From Synechococcus sp. (GTDB lineage Bacteria; Cyanobacteriota; Cyanobacteriia; PCC-6307; Cyanobiaceae): a stretch of DNA of 64,000 bases. How positions within the stretch are numbered: the stretch's first letter is position 1; the number at the start of each line of letters is the position of its first letter. The notes below the pieces were generated by a model that saw nothing but the letters and a program-made list of their open reading frames with translations, had not been told where the DNA came from and searched no databases. This document shows positions 1 through 10,806 of the stretch, piece by piece. Position numbers and translations under genes: made by a program. The DNA lies in contig JBJBDC010000001.1 in NCBI GenBank assembly GCA_047285535.1, positions 2,496,136-2,560,135 on the forward strand, written 5' to 3'.

Positions 1-1
1 T

Positions 2-367
2 GGTCGCGTTGGCAATGTCACTGACTGGTATCAAAGGGCGCAGTTATTTGTTCTTTCATCCCGTTACGAAGGCTTCCCAAATGTGTTGCTGGAAGCGATG
101 GCGGCTGGTTGTTGCTGTATTGCAGCTGATTGTCCTCATGGACCGGCCGATTTGATCAACAATGACGTGAATGGCTTGTTGGTTCCCACCCAAGCCTCAG
201 AGGAAGATTGGGTTCAAGTTCTCGAGGCCCTTCTTTTAGATGCTCCACGTCGTCAACGTTTGTCTCGTAGTGCTCTTGCCGTAAGGGAGGATTACTCTCC
301 ATCGTCTTTGAAGCGCAGTCTCATAAACGCGTTGAATTGTGTGATTCAGGACGCCATAGAGAGTTGA
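2..367 (+). CDS. Glycosyltransferase family 4, C-terminal part (5' end outside window)
   Basis: Frame is open from position 2 and reads FVLSSRYEGFPNVLLEAMAAG, the GT4 E-x7-E motif. Confidence 0.9.
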   Translation, partial: GRVGNVTDWYQRAQLFVLSSRYEGFPNVLLEAMAAGCCCIAADCPHGPADLINNDVNGLLVPTQASEEDWVQVLEALLLDAPRRQRLSRSALAVREDYSPSSLKRSLINALNCVIQDAIES

Positions 368-368
368 G

Positions 369-1631
369 ATGGATGAGGATCTCTGGTTATTGCTCCCCCA
401 TCTTGGGCCCGGAGGTGCTCAAAAAGTAGCTCTTTTAGTAGCGGCTTATTTCATGGGCAAGGGTTGGAAGGTCAGACTGGTTACTGTTTTGCCGGGTCCA
501 GGCCTGGCTCACACCATCCCAGATGGATTACTGATCACTGATCTTGGTCCTGCAGTCGATAGGCTTTGGAAACGAGATCACTGGAATCGTTCTTGGATTG
601 CGCGGGGCCGGCGTTTTTTAGCTCCCAAACGAAGACTGCATCGTCTTGCTGCCCGTGTTCTTCTTGGCCCTCTATGCCCTGTGTTCGAGTCGGTAGTTTC
701 ACGAAAAGCGGACTGGCGATCCAGGCTCTTGCGTTGGTGTGTGGCTGGTATCGATGGGCCACCGTCTTGGCAGCTCAGTGCTTTATTTGAGCGAGAAAAG
801 CCCAAACGAGTGGTGTCTTTTCTTAGTCGCACCAATATCCGATCTTGCAGCGCACTCTGGATGCAGAACTGCCATTTAGTGATTTCGGAACGCAATGACA
901 TCAATCGCCAACATCTGCCATTCCCTTGGTCACGCTTTCGCCGTTTGCTCTATCGCCGGGCTGATGTACTGACCGCGAATACCACAGGTGTCATGGCGAG
1001 TATGGCGCCTCAATTTGACAAACGGAAGCTTGCATTGCTTCCAAATCCGTTGCCCATGCCGGAGATTAGCGAGGCTGTTGGTAGTGCAAAGGAAAGAAGC
1101 GGGTTTGTCACTGTTGCTCGTTTGGTTCCTCAGAAAGGCATTGATGTTTTGATACAAGCATTGGCTTTGACATCTGGAATTGCAAAAAGTTGGGATCTGA
1201 CATTGGTGGGGGATGGGCCGGAGCGGGAGTGTCTGAAATCATTGGCAGAACAGTCCGGGCTTACCGAGAGGATTCATTTCACTGGTTTTCAGAGCAATCC
1301 GCAGACGTTTTTGCGCCGGGCTGCTGTATTTGTTTTGCCCTCACGATTTGAAGGCATGCCCAATGCTCTGATGGAGGCAATGGCGTCTGGTTTGGCGGTG
1401 GTTGTAACGGATTCTTCCCCGGGTCCCTTGGAGGTGGTTGATCAAGGAGTCACAGGGCTTGTGGTGCCTAGTGAAGATCCAGTGGCTCTCAAAAATGCCT
1501 TGGAAAATCTGGTCGCTAATCCAGAATTACGCCACCAGCTAGGTTCGGCTGCTCGAGAAAAGTTGCGACAAATGGACTGGCCCGTCGTGGGGCCGATTTG
1601 GGAGTCGCTTCTGGGAGGACCTCAAGTTTGA
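369..1631 (+). CDS. Glycosyltransferase family 4
   Basis: GPGGAQK N-terminus, VARLVPQKG, PSRFEGMPNALMEAMA. Confidence 0.93.
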   Translation: MDEDLWLLLPHLGPGGAQKVALLVAAYFMGKGWKVRLVTVLPGPGLAHTIPDGLLITDLGPAVDRLWKRDHWNRSWIARGRRFLAPKRRLHRLAARVLLGPLCPVFESVVSRKADWRSRLLRWCVAGIDGPPSWQLSALFEREKPKRVVSFLSRTNIRSCSALWMQNCHLVISERNDINRQHLPFPWSRFRRLLYRRADVLTANTTGVMASMAPQFDKRKLALLPNPLPMPEISEAVGSAKERSGFVTVARLVPQKGIDVLIQALALTSGIAKSWDLTLVGDGPERECLKSLAEQSGLTERIHFTGFQSNPQTFLRRAAVFVLPSRFEGMPNALMEAMASGLAVVVTDSSPGPLEVVDQGVTGLVVPSEDPVALKNALENLVANPELRHQLGSAAREKLRQMDWPVVGPIWESLLGGPQV

Positions 1632-2746
1632 AACGATTGATGGTGTTTGCTCCGACGCGCCGAGCTGCATCAGAAACCTTCGTGCGTGCCAATCTCGTTG
1701 GACTTCCTTTCGAGGTTGTCGCCTATTTCGGCGATGAACGCCCTTGGCTTCCTCTTGATCGCTTTGCCTATGGCTGGGCTGTGCTGCTTAGCAAGATATG
1801 CACGCGTCTAAGGCTGCTGAGATTGGCTAGTTGGCCTGCTTCATGGGTGGCCCAGTGTCTGATTCAGCAGAATCGGCCTGACTTAGTGCTAGTGGAATTT
1901 GGTTTTCACGCTGTGCGTGTGATGGAGGCCGTCGATCAAGGCGGAGTGCCATTAGTAGTGCATTTCCGTGGGTCTGATCTTTCCGCAGCCAGCAAATTGG
2001 GGGTGTTGCGAAGCCGCTACAAACGATTGATGAGGATCGCTTCTGGAGTCGTCTGTAAATCTCTGCCGATGGCCCAGACTTTGAAGGAGTTGGGTGCAGC
2101 TTCGGATCGAATTTTAATCAGTGCGTCTGGTGCTAATTCCCAGTTATTTCACAGTGGAGATCCTGCTTCCTCGCCCAGTGTCTGTTTAGCGGTAGGTCGT
2201 TTTGTCGAAAAGAAAGGCCCCCTTCATACAATCCATGCTTTTGCTCAACAGCCCCTCGGAGAACTTTGGATGGTTGGAGAGGGGCCGCTGCTGAGACAGG
2301 CAAAGGACTTGGTACGAAGACTTGATCTCAGCGAGCGCGTTCATTTTTTAGGTATCCGCTCTCAGGCTGAGGTGGCTTCTTTGATGCGTCAGGTGAGGTT
2401 ATTTGTTCAGCACTCTTTGGTGGCTTCTGATGGAGATAGTGAAGGAAATCCCGTGGCGGTGATGGAGGCTCAGCTGAGCGGATTGCCAGTTGTGGCAACT
2501 CGTCACGCTGGTATTCCAGAAGTAGTCCTTAATGCTCAGACTGGTTTCCTTGTTGAAGAAGGGGATGTTAGTGGTATGGCTTTGGCAATACAACGGCTGC
2601 TTGCGGATCCGCTCCTTAGCAGACGCCTTGGCTTGGCAGGCCAGCAAAGAGTGGCAGCTAAATTCACATTAGAGCATCATCTATGTGAGTTAACAAGATT
2701 TTTAGAGCAAATCGAGTCAATGACATCGGCACCTGGCAGATTATGA
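1628..2746 (+). CDS. Glycosyltransferase family 4 (WcaL-like)
   Basis: SETFV N-terminus, VGRFVEKKG, GDSEGNPVAVMEAQ; TTG at 1628 overlaps the upstream stop (ATG 1640 is an alternative start). Confidence 0.92.
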   Translation: MKRLMVFAPTRRAASETFVRANLVGLPFEVVAYFGDERPWLPLDRFAYGWAVLLSKICTRLRLLRLASWPASWVAQCLIQQNRPDLVLVEFGFHAVRVMEAVDQGGVPLVVHFRGSDLSAASKLGVLRSRYKRLMRIASGVVCKSLPMAQTLKELGAASDRILISASGANSQLFHSGDPASSPSVCLAVGRFVEKKGPLHTIHAFAQQPLGELWMVGEGPLLRQAKDLVRRLDLSERVHFLGIRSQAEVASLMRQVRLFVQHSLVASDGDSEGNPVAVMEAQLSGLPVVATRHAGIPEVVLNAQTGFLVEEGDVSGMALAIQRLLADPLLSRRLGLAGQQRVAAKFTLEHHLCELTRFLEQIESMTSAPGRL

Positions 2747-2768
2747 CTATTGTGGTAGATAGCATTTG

Positions 2769-4064
2769 TTAATTGCTTGGCAGTTTAATATTTTGCTGTG
2801 GCGCAGGCTTCAGGTTTTGCTGATTTGAGAAAATTGCCCCTAAAATGAGCCCAATCAGTATTTGTATGGCGTGATTGTATGCATGAATAGTGGTACATAT
2901 TGAATTGATGAATAATGTAATGAATAATCCGGTGCAACACTCTGCCCAAGGACAGCAATCTATATTGATCGGGCCAATGTTTTGCTGAAGTTTTCTGATA
3001 TTGCTAATAGCTAAGATTCCAATCAGTATAATAAATGTTAAGCCAAGCATACCGTGCAGGCCTACAAGGTGAGCATAAGTGTTGTGTGCATGTCCAGCAC
3101 TGCCAGGAGCATGAGCGGATAAATTTCCAATTTTTGCATCAGAACATATCTCCATGATTTTTTGCTTTTGATGGCCAAATCCGTAAAGGAATCGATTATG
3201 CCCAGTAAATATTGCATTCATCCAACACCGAATTAATTGCAAGCGAGTATTATCACCGGAAAGCCCATGGCTCCAATCTTTCCTAATTGCAAAATGCCAG
3301 ATAATAGCCAATGGTGAGATAAGAAAAAATAAAAATGCAATGTTCTTATAAGGTTGCTTCATCCTCAACAATGAATGACGGTGTGTTATTGCCCAGCCGC
3401 CAAGAGCGCCAATTGGTGGAGAAATAGCTGCCATTCGTGAGTCCGTACCGAGACATGTAAAATAACCAAGAAGAGTAAAGATTAATAAAACCATTTTGAA
3501 TGATCCTCGTTGAGATTGCCTAAATGCGTACCAACTGGCAATTGTTAATAGCGACACTACAATGGCGAGCCTATTAATATTCCCAAATCCTTCATTGAAA
3601 AAAGATCGGTAAGATGAAGCCATCCACTCGTGCTTGGGTTCATAGAAACTTAGTAGAGGTATGCTTAATACCGCTATGACCACACTCATCCAGTTAAGTA
3701 GTTTTGTCCAGGCATCTAAGTTTAGATTGGAGCCAATAATGGCTCCAATGGATATTAAAAGAAAGATCGTTATTCCATGCTCATCGTCAACTTTTACAAT
3801 TGTTCGAGCCTGAATTATTAGCAAGCTGGCAAGCAATACGTAGGTAATATTGAGCTGGCGTGAAGCCTCATTTCGTTGATGATGTCTCGCGACTTGTAAA
3901 AGGCGAATAATGCTCCAAATCAAAAGCAATGAAAGGCTTAGTTCTTTGCTATCGCTATTAATTTGTAGTATCAATCCAATTGCAAGTAGAGTGTCTATTG
4001 CGGAAAATTTGTTAGAAAGCATGATCTCCAATGTTTCAGCCGTGATCGCTAATAGAGCGTGCAA
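2769..4064 (-). CDS. O-antigen ligase / Wzy-like polytopic membrane protein
   Basis: Many hydrophobic segments, TDSRMA and HAHNTY...GMLG motifs typical of Wzy_C/WaaL; start may be ATG 4022. Confidence 0.8.
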   Translation of the reverse strand: MHALLAITAETLEIMLSNKFSAIDTLLAIGLILQINSDSKELSLSLLLIWSIIRLLQVARHHQRNEASRQLNITYVLLASLLIIQARTIVKVDDEHGITIFLLISIGAIIGSNLNLDAWTKLLNWMSVVIAVLSIPLLSFYEPKHEWMASSYRSFFNEGFGNINRLAIVVSLLTIASWYAFRQSQRGSFKMVLLIFTLLGYFTCLGTDSRMAAISPPIGALGGWAITHRHSLLRMKQPYKNIAFLFFLISPLAIIWHFAIRKDWSHGLSGDNTRLQLIRCWMNAIFTGHNRFLYGFGHQKQKIMEICSDAKIGNLSAHAPGSAGHAHNTYAHLVGLHGMLGLTFIILIGILAISNIRKLQQNIGPINIDCCPWAECCTGLFITLFINSICTTIHAYNHAIQILIGLILGAIFSNQQNLKPAPQQNIKLPSN

Positions 4065-4163
4065 AACATTCGCTAAGGCAAATTAGAAGCATAAATTTTT
4101 ACTCTTTAGAGCTGATTCCTCTATACTAGAGTACTGGAGAGCAATTACGAAAAGTCGGAAAAA

Positions 4164-5540
4164 ATGCTTTGGCGAGCCCCCTGGATGCAAGGACGTTTAG
4201 CTCTATTTGGGTTGGCTCTATGGGATGTGTTAGTCCTAAGCATTTCATATACTTTGATTTACATTATTAGATTGGGTAATTGGCAGGAAAGTCTTACCTT
4301 GGGTCAATTTGTATATGTATTGTTGTGGTGCTCAGGATCTTATTTGCTAGGGAGATATTCCAAAACAGAGTCTGGATATTTCCACAAGCCTAAAGATGCT
4401 TTTGTTAGAACACTTTTGATTGCATTTTCTCTTCTCCTGGTGTTTGTGCTTCATAATTGGGTTAACGCTATTAATGATGCTGGAACACGTTTTCGTGGTT
4501 TTTTGATTCCACTGATTGTTCTTAGCATTTTTGGTTCTTATGTGGGTCAGATCTGGGCTTCATTTCAATTCTCAGACTCCGAGTCCTGGCTATTAATTGT
4601 TTCGCCTACTGAGTATGATGCCTTGATTTCTGATCAGTCTCTCCAGAGGGAAATGTTATCCTCAAACATAGAGATTATAGAGCATCATAAGTTTATGGAT
4701 TATGTAAATAGAAAGAAGTTAAGCGCTGGTAATCCTATTTCGAATTGTACTCTGCATACTATTGCTGTTAGTGAAAATGTACTTCTTTCCGGTGAATCCC
4801 TAAAGCACCTAATGGTTCTCCGATCGAATGGTATACGTATTCGTTCTTTAATAGATTGGGCAGAATTAAAACTCCACCGAGTACCTCCTGAATTGGTTAG
4901 TGAGCATTGGTTTGTAGCGGCTGAGGGGTTTTCCGTTCAGCCAGGTCGCTTTGGCTGGCGATTAAAACGCATGGGTGATCTTCTAGGAGCAATTCTTATA
5001 TCTATCATAAGTCTACCTGCCTTTATATTGGCAGCTATTTTTATTTATTTAGAAGATGGAACTCCCATCTTTTATAGTCAAGTTCGTACAGGACTGAATG
5101 GAGAAATGATTCGTGTTTGGAAGTTACGGACGATGAGAGATCATTCAGAAAAGGCAGGACCACAATGGTCAACACGTCATGATTCGCGAGTCACAAATGT
5201 TGGGAAGATACTTCGTCGTTTTCGGATTGATGAATTACCCCAGTTAATGGGTGTGATTAGAGGCGACTTAAGTTTGATTGGACCAAGACCTGAGCGGCCA
5301 GAATTTGAAACTGAATTAGAACAAAATATTCCTCACTATAGGGTAAGGCATTGGATTAGGCCAGGATTAAGCGGTTGGGCTCAAGTCAATTATCCATATG
5401 CGGCTAGCATTCAAGATAGCCGCATGAAATTAAGCTACGATCTTTATTATATACGTAATTCCGGTTTTTTATTGGACTTGCTAATTCTTATCAAAACGGT
5501 AAGACTTTTACTACGCGCAAAAGGTGCTTTGCCGATTTAA
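4164..5540 (+). CDS. Polyprenyl-phosphate sugar phosphotransferase (WbaP/WcaJ family), initiating transferase
   Basis: N-terminal TM helices; KRMGD, KLRTM, RIDELPQL, SLIGPRPE, PGLSGWAQV, YDLYY. Confidence 0.93.
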   Translation: MLWRAPWMQGRLALFGLALWDVLVLSISYTLIYIIRLGNWQESLTLGQFVYVLLWCSGSYLLGRYSKTESGYFHKPKDAFVRTLLIAFSLLLVFVLHNWVNAINDAGTRFRGFLIPLIVLSIFGSYVGQIWASFQFSDSESWLLIVSPTEYDALISDQSLQREMLSSNIEIIEHHKFMDYVNRKKLSAGNPISNCTLHTIAVSENVLLSGESLKHLMVLRSNGIRIRSLIDWAELKLHRVPPELVSEHWFVAAEGFSVQPGRFGWRLKRMGDLLGAILISIISLPAFILAAIFIYLEDGTPIFYSQVRTGLNGEMIRVWKLRTMRDHSEKAGPQWSTRHDSRVTNVGKILRRFRIDELPQLMGVIRGDLSLIGPRPERPEFETELEQNIPHYRVRHWIRPGLSGWAQVNYPYAASIQDSRMKLSYDLYYIRNSGFLLDLLILIKTVRLLLRAKGALPI

Positions 5541-5615
5541 AATCTGTCTTTTTCAAAAGCAAATGATTTCAATTGCCATGTTGCGGAGATCAACTCATCA
5601 TGAATCACATTATTA

Positions 5616-6863
5616 ATGACTAATTCAACAAAACAGATTAGATTAGCAGTATTAGTTACGCATCCCGTTCAGTATTTTCAACCAGTATTTAAAGATCTGT
5701 CCGCAACACCAGGTATCGATCTCTTGGTTTTCTATGGATGCAACCATGGTTTAGTTGCTAGTTTTGATGCTGACTTTAGTCAGAAAATAGCATGGGATTC
5801 TGATCTTATTACTGGTTTTCGCTCAAGGTTTGTAAGTAAAGGTTTGCTTTCTAGTCTTAACTCTTGGATGAAATCCTTGCAGCTAGCTGTGAAAGCAAAC
5901 CATATGATTAACTCCTTTGAGCCTGACTTTGTACTCGTTTATGCGTATACTCCACTCTTTATCTCGTTGACTACTCTACTGTTAAAGTTCACTGGAAATC
6001 GTCTTCTCTTGCGTGCTGATGGAACTGATCGTGCTTTGCCCCGTGGCGCTTTAAAATCATTAATAAGAGATATTGTTCTCCGAGCATGGTATCATCTATT
6101 TCTACATATCTTCCCTATTGGCCATTATTCAGATGAACATTTTGCTCGACTAGGCGTCTCAAAACTCAAGCGTACTTCGGTCCCATTTGCTGTAAATGTT
6201 GAATATTTCAATCAACAAGTTCAATATTGGATGCCAAAACGGGCTCAATTGCGACAGAAATATGGCATAAAAACAGAAGATATTGTTTTGCTGTGGAGTG
6301 GAAAAATGACAAGTATTAAGAACCCAATGTTATTGATCAAGGCTATTGCTTCGTTGCCATCTGAGATTAAGCAACGTATTTTTCTCATGGCAATGGGGGA
6401 TGGTCCATTATTCAAGGATTTTCAGGCTCGTGCCAATGAATATTTAGATCATAGATGTTACTTTCTTGGTTTTTGTAATCAAAGTGAGATGGGACGTGGC
6501 TATGCCTGCGCAGATGTTTTGGTTTTTCCTTCCTGCATGGGAGAGACCTGGGGTCTGGTCGTCAATGAAGCCTTACAGTTTGGTCTTGCTGTGATTTCTA
6601 GTGATCATCCTGGTTGTGTTGGGGATCTTTTCGGAGGACAATTTGAGATTCCTAAGGGTTCTAGTGTGTTCTCCAATGGTGACGAGCTAGCCTTAGCGCA
6701 AGCCTTGACCTCGTTTGTTAATCATTACACCAAAGGGTACATCCCAAAACCAGTCAAAGGTCTTCCTTCCCCTTTCGCTTTAGCTGAAGCTATAACTCAT
6801 CAGATGTGGAGGTATTTAGAATGTGCAGCTAACCATTCTCCTAACACTACCCACCGCCAGTAA
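5616..6863 (+). CDS. Glycosyltransferase family 4
   Basis: THPVQY N-terminus; PSCMGETWGLVVNEAL. Confidence 0.88.
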   Translation: MTNSTKQIRLAVLVTHPVQYFQPVFKDLSATPGIDLLVFYGCNHGLVASFDADFSQKIAWDSDLITGFRSRFVSKGLLSSLNSWMKSLQLAVKANHMINSFEPDFVLVYAYTPLFISLTTLLLKFTGNRLLLRADGTDRALPRGALKSLIRDIVLRAWYHLFLHIFPIGHYSDEHFARLGVSKLKRTSVPFAVNVEYFNQQVQYWMPKRAQLRQKYGIKTEDIVLLWSGKMTSIKNPMLLIKAIASLPSEIKQRIFLMAMGDGPLFKDFQARANEYLDHRCYFLGFCNQSEMGRGYACADVLVFPSCMGETWGLVVNEALQFGLAVISSDHPGCVGDLFGGQFEIPKGSSVFSNGDELALAQALTSFVNHYTKGYIPKPVKGLPSPFALAEAITHQMWRYLECAANHSPNTTHRQ

Positions 6864-8551
6864 GGAGCCCATTTTTTTGAAATTTTTAGGAGTAACCAAC
6901 TGGCATAAACGCTTTTCTTTGAGATGTTTATATTTTCTGCTCGGAGAGCCCTTTCAATGAGCCAATAGATCCGTGCAGGTGAGAACCGATCATTAGATAA
7001 AATCCAATCAGCCAATGCCAAGTTAAATCCTTGTTTTGGAGCCGCTATAATATCCTTAGGTAATCTACTCCGAGCGATATTTTTAAGAATCGTTTTTGGC
7101 CCTTCAGATTGATGAATTGATGATGGAATGCTACGAGCAAGGTCTACTAAATCTTGGTCAAGAAAGGGAACCCTGAGCTCAAGTCCTTGTGCCATGGTGA
7201 CCGAATCACTATCTCTTAATAAGGTGTCCTGCAAGTAACCACAAAATTCAAGTTTGCTAAGTTTATGCATTGATGAGTTGACATTGACATCTTTCTTTCC
7301 TAATTTCAATTTAGCAATTCTACGCTCGGTGTGAAATCTTAGCTTGCAATTTTTTAGTCCATGGAATTTGATAATTCGTTTTCTGTTGGCTGAGAATATG
7401 CTTGAGTTCTCCATATGTGAGTATCCACCAAATATTTCGTCGGCACCTAGTCCAGAAAAGCAGACTCGCATTCCAGCTTTATTAGCTGCCTTGGTAACTA
7501 AAAAACTATTCAATCCATCAATACTTGGTTGATCAATTGCATCTATGAACTCATCAAAGCTTTCATCTAAGTCTGAAGGACTTATTCTAATTGTTGTATG
7601 TTCGATCTCAAGGGATTCTGCTGTTTTCTTTGCCAATGCTGACTCATCCTTAGCCCCGCTTAAACCTTGAAATCCAATCGATATACTCTTGATAGTTTCT
7701 TGTTGATGCTCCCTAAGCAGAGACGCGATTAAGCCAGAATCTATTCCCCCACTTAAGAAAAGACCAACAGGATACTCACCAATACTTTGTTGTCTAACAA
7801 CATTGATTAGCATATCCTCTATCTCTCTAGTAGCTTTATCTAAAGACCAGTTACGATGATACAAAGCTATCTTTTCATCAGATAACGAGAATTCATTAAT
7901 CTTCCACTGACCATTTGGCAGTCGCTTCGTTATCTTTCCAGGCCCAATCATTTCAATCTGTTTGATAATAGTGGATGGACTCGATACGGAACCCCATAGA
8001 CTGAAACTTTCAATTGAATTATTATCAATATGAATATCGTCGATAACTTCAGCCGCCATCAGTGTACTTAGTTCCGATGCAAAAGCACAACGCTCACCCA
8101 TTTTATAGAGGAGTAGAGGTTTGACTCCAAATCTATCTCTAACAAGTGTTAGAGTTTGATCATTAATCTCCCAGCATGCAATCGCAAATATCCCGTTCAA
8201 CATTTCCCAAAGTCTGTCTCCCCAATGCTGAAACCCCTTCAGGATTACTTCTGTATCTGAGTCAGATTTAAACGTATGCCCATCGCTACGGAGTATTTCC
8301 CTTAATTCATCCTTATTGTAAATCTCTCCATTGAAGACCAATATTATATCTTCGTTATCTGAAATCATTGGCTGATGGCCTAAATCTGTTCGATCTTGAA
8401 TCGCTAGTCTTGTGTGTAGCAATGAACAGGAAATACCTCTATTGCTGGAATTCCAAACACCGTAATCATCCGGTCCTCGTTCTTTCAGTGATGAATAAAC
8501 CCCATTAAAATTGAATGAATTCCAGCCTATTGCTCCAAAAATACCACACAT
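6800..8551 (-). CDS. asnB: Asparagine synthase-like glutamine amidotransferase (probably glycan amidation)
   Basis: MCGI Ntn nucleophile, RGPD, HTRLAI, FNGEIYN, RDRFGVKP, LSGGIDS, SGLGADEIFGGY, LELRVPFLD. Confidence 0.92.
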   Translation of the reverse strand: MCGIFGAIGWNSFNFNGVYSSLKERGPDDYGVWNSSNRGISCSLLHTRLAIQDRTDLGHQPMISDNEDIILVFNGEIYNKDELREILRSDGHTFKSDSDTEVILKGFQHWGDRLWEMLNGIFAIACWEINDQTLTLVRDRFGVKPLLLYKMGERCAFASELSTLMAAEVIDDIHIDNNSIESFSLWGSVSSPSTIIKQIEMIGPGKITKRLPNGQWKINEFSLSDEKIALYHRNWSLDKATREIEDMLINVVRQQSIGEYPVGLFLSGGIDSGLIASLLREHQQETIKSISIGFQGLSGAKDESALAKKTAESLEIEHTTIRISPSDLDESFDEFIDAIDQPSIDGLNSFLVTKAANKAGMRVCFSGLGADEIFGGYSHMENSSIFSANRKRIIKFHGLKNCKLRFHTERRIAKLKLGKKDVNVNSSMHKLSKLEFCGYLQDTLLRDSDSVTMAQGLELRVPFLDQDLVDLARSIPSSIHQSEGPKTILKNIARSRLPKDIIAAPKQGFNLALADWILSNDRFSPARIYWLIERALRAENINISKKSVYASWLLLKISKKWAPYWRWVVLGEWLAAHSKYLHI

Positions 8552-8552
8552 G

Positions 8553-9608
8553 CTATTTTGTGATTGAAGTCAATAAACTTGACGAAAACCTGCTGTAGGA
8601 AAAGTTGTTTAGAGCATGTCTACGTGCTTTCTTTCCTGCTTCATAGATAAGATTTTGATTCGTAATTAATAATTCCAGCGTCGTTGCGATGTTTTTACTA
8701 TTTGAATCAACAAGCCATCCTGTTTCACCATCTTTAATAATATCAGTCTGGCCACCTTCTTTGCATGCGATTGATGGTCGGCCTGCAAGTGCTGCTTCAA
8801 CATAGACTATCCCAAATCCCTCCCCGGTCGCTGAACCATCTTTGCGAACACCGTAGCTGCTAGGCATTATGAATAAACTGCAGTTAGCATAGAAAGTACG
8901 TAAAGCATCATCAGAAAGTGCACCATGGAAAATAACTCTGTTTTCTAAATTTAGACTTTTCGCATAATTGATAAGATCTTGCTTTTCATCTCCTTCACCT
9001 ATGATATCCCAACGCAAGTCTATTGGAAGTTTATTGTTTATTTCAAGTAATGATAGTGCGTTTAATACTAATCGATGTCCTTTATAACCTTCCCGTTTTG
9101 ACATTCGTGAAACGGTGAGTAAATGGAGGCCTTCAGGAAATGGCCGAGGTTGTATATTTGGCGCGATAAGATCTGCCATTGGATGAACGATTTTTAGTTT
9201 ATCCCCCAGTGTCAGTAATTTATTATACCCGAAGCTGCTTATTGTGATCAATCGATCACATTTAGAAAGACTTTGCTTGTGTTCCTCAAATGCACTCCCC
9301 CAAACGTCAATACCATATGTCCAACATATTTTCTTGTATTTAGAGGAGCTAAGCCAGGAAGCCCACTCAACAGACTTAAGCAGTAATACATGCATTACCA
9401 TAACGCTATCTGCTTTGGGTAGAAGGAATAATAATTTACTCATGAAGAACAACCGACTTATTAGTTTCCCTATCCATCCTTTGAAAAGTGTCTCTGTAGT
9501 CACAATTTCTACATCAATCCCTTCATTTTTAAGACATTGATAAACTTGCTTGCTAAGTCGTTCTATGCCCCCTGTTCTTTTAATGTCATAGGCGATCATT
9601 AGCATCAT
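8553..9608 (-). CDS. Glycosyltransferase family 4
   Basis: TGGIER, YKGH, GEGFGIVYVEAA. Confidence 0.9.
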   Translation of the reverse strand: MMLMIAYDIKRTGGIERLSKQVYQCLKNEGIDVEIVTTETLFKGWIGKLISRLFFMSKLLFLLPKADSVMVMHVLLLKSVEWASWLSSSKYKKICWTYGIDVWGSAFEEHKQSLSKCDRLITISSFGYNKLLTLGDKLKIVHPMADLIAPNIQPRPFPEGLHLLTVSRMSKREGYKGHRLVLNALSLLEINNKLPIDLRWDIIGEGDEKQDLINYAKSLNLENRVIFHGALSDDALRTFYANCSLFIMPSSYGVRKDGSATGEGFGIVYVEAALAGRPSIACKEGGQTDIIKDGETGWLVDSNSKNIATTLELLITNQNLIYEAGKKARRHALNNFSYSRFSSSLLTSITK

Positions 9609-9612
9609 CTGC

Positions 9613-10806
9613 TTAACCTCTAATTAAGAATGCATAATCACGAATCGATTTATCTTTTCCGAATCTAATTTTGTATAAGTTTAAAGCATTTTGCCCCATT
9701 CTTGAAACGACGTTAGGTTGCATGCTTAAGGAATGAATCTTCATTGATAGTGAATGGCTATCTCCAGGTTTGATAACGACTCCACAATCATAGTTGATCA
9801 CAAGTTGTGCTATTTCACAGTTAGAATCGCAGATTAACAGCACTCCTCGACCGCTTGCAATGATTCCATAGAACTTTGAGGGAGCTACAGTATCTCCTGC
9901 TCCAGATTTAAGACTGATCACTGCTAAATCACACGCTGACAGACTTTGTGGTAACAACTCACGATCTTGATACGGTAAGCATTGCACATTATTTGTATTA
10001 TTCGATAAGATAAAGTTTTTGATGACCTTTTCTTGATATCCTCCACCTACAAACACAAAGCGAATAGGAGACTCGCGAAGTTGTAATGATGCTGCAAGAA
10101 GTGTTTCAATATCATGTAATCGCCCAAAGTTTCCTGAATATTGAACGGTGAAATATTGATCATATGAGTGCATCTTTGCGAAGGCATTACTGGATCTATG
10201 GCTTCCATCACCCTTCTCAATTGCCCAATTAGAGATAACATGGACTGAGGCTCTTTTTGTTATATCCTTATAAAGCCTATCTTTCATGCTATTACTTAAA
10301 ACAACGGTATGATGTGAGCAGTCGCAGCTTAACTTCATTAATCGCATTAATGCTAATGCTTGCAAGCTATTCTCCTTCAATATTCCACTTAATATTGCGG
10401 ACCTTGGGAAAATATCTTGAAATATAAAGATATATCGTGTTGGCCTGATGATGCTAAGTATGGCACCTACTAAGCCGATAAATGGAGGGTTTGAAACTAG
10501 AATGATTGTATCGCTTTTTTTGATGTTGAAAAAGCACCATTTAAACGCCTTTATGAAGAAAGTTATCCCTTTAAGGCCTTTGTAAATGAGATTATTTTTT
10601 TGGGTATGTATTATGCCGCTGCCGCTCATATAATTAACATTAATAGCCGTCACTGGTTGCTTCATTCCTGGAGAAGCCATTGTCAATACTTTTAGATTAA
10701 AACCTAGTTTTTGCAATCCATTTGCAAGGTCGGTCATCAATTGTGCCGTTGCACCTTGCTCCGGATAAAAATGTTCAGAGATAAGGACGACTCTACTTGC
10801 AGTCAT
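9613..10806 (-). CDS. Glycosyltransferase family 4 (WbuB/WcaI-like)
   Basis: HFYPEQGATAQLMTDLA, YSGNFGRLHD, PSKFYGIIASG. Confidence 0.9.
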   Translation of the reverse strand: MTASRVVLISEHFYPEQGATAQLMTDLANGLQKLGFNLKVLTMASPGMKQPVTAINVNYMSGSGIIHTQKNNLIYKGLKGITFFIKAFKWCFFNIKKSDTIILVSNPPFIGLVGAILSIIRPTRYIFIFQDIFPRSAILSGILKENSLQALALMRLMKLSCDCSHHTVVLSNSMKDRLYKDITKRASVHVISNWAIEKGDGSHRSSNAFAKMHSYDQYFTVQYSGNFGRLHDIETLLAASLQLRESPIRFVFVGGGYQEKVIKNFILSNNTNNVQCLPYQDRELLPQSLSACDLAVISLKSGAGDTVAPSKFYGIIASGRGVLLICDSNCEIAQLVINYDCGVVIKPGDSHSLSMKIHSLSMQPNVVSRMGQNALNLYKIRFGKDKSIRDYAFLIRG

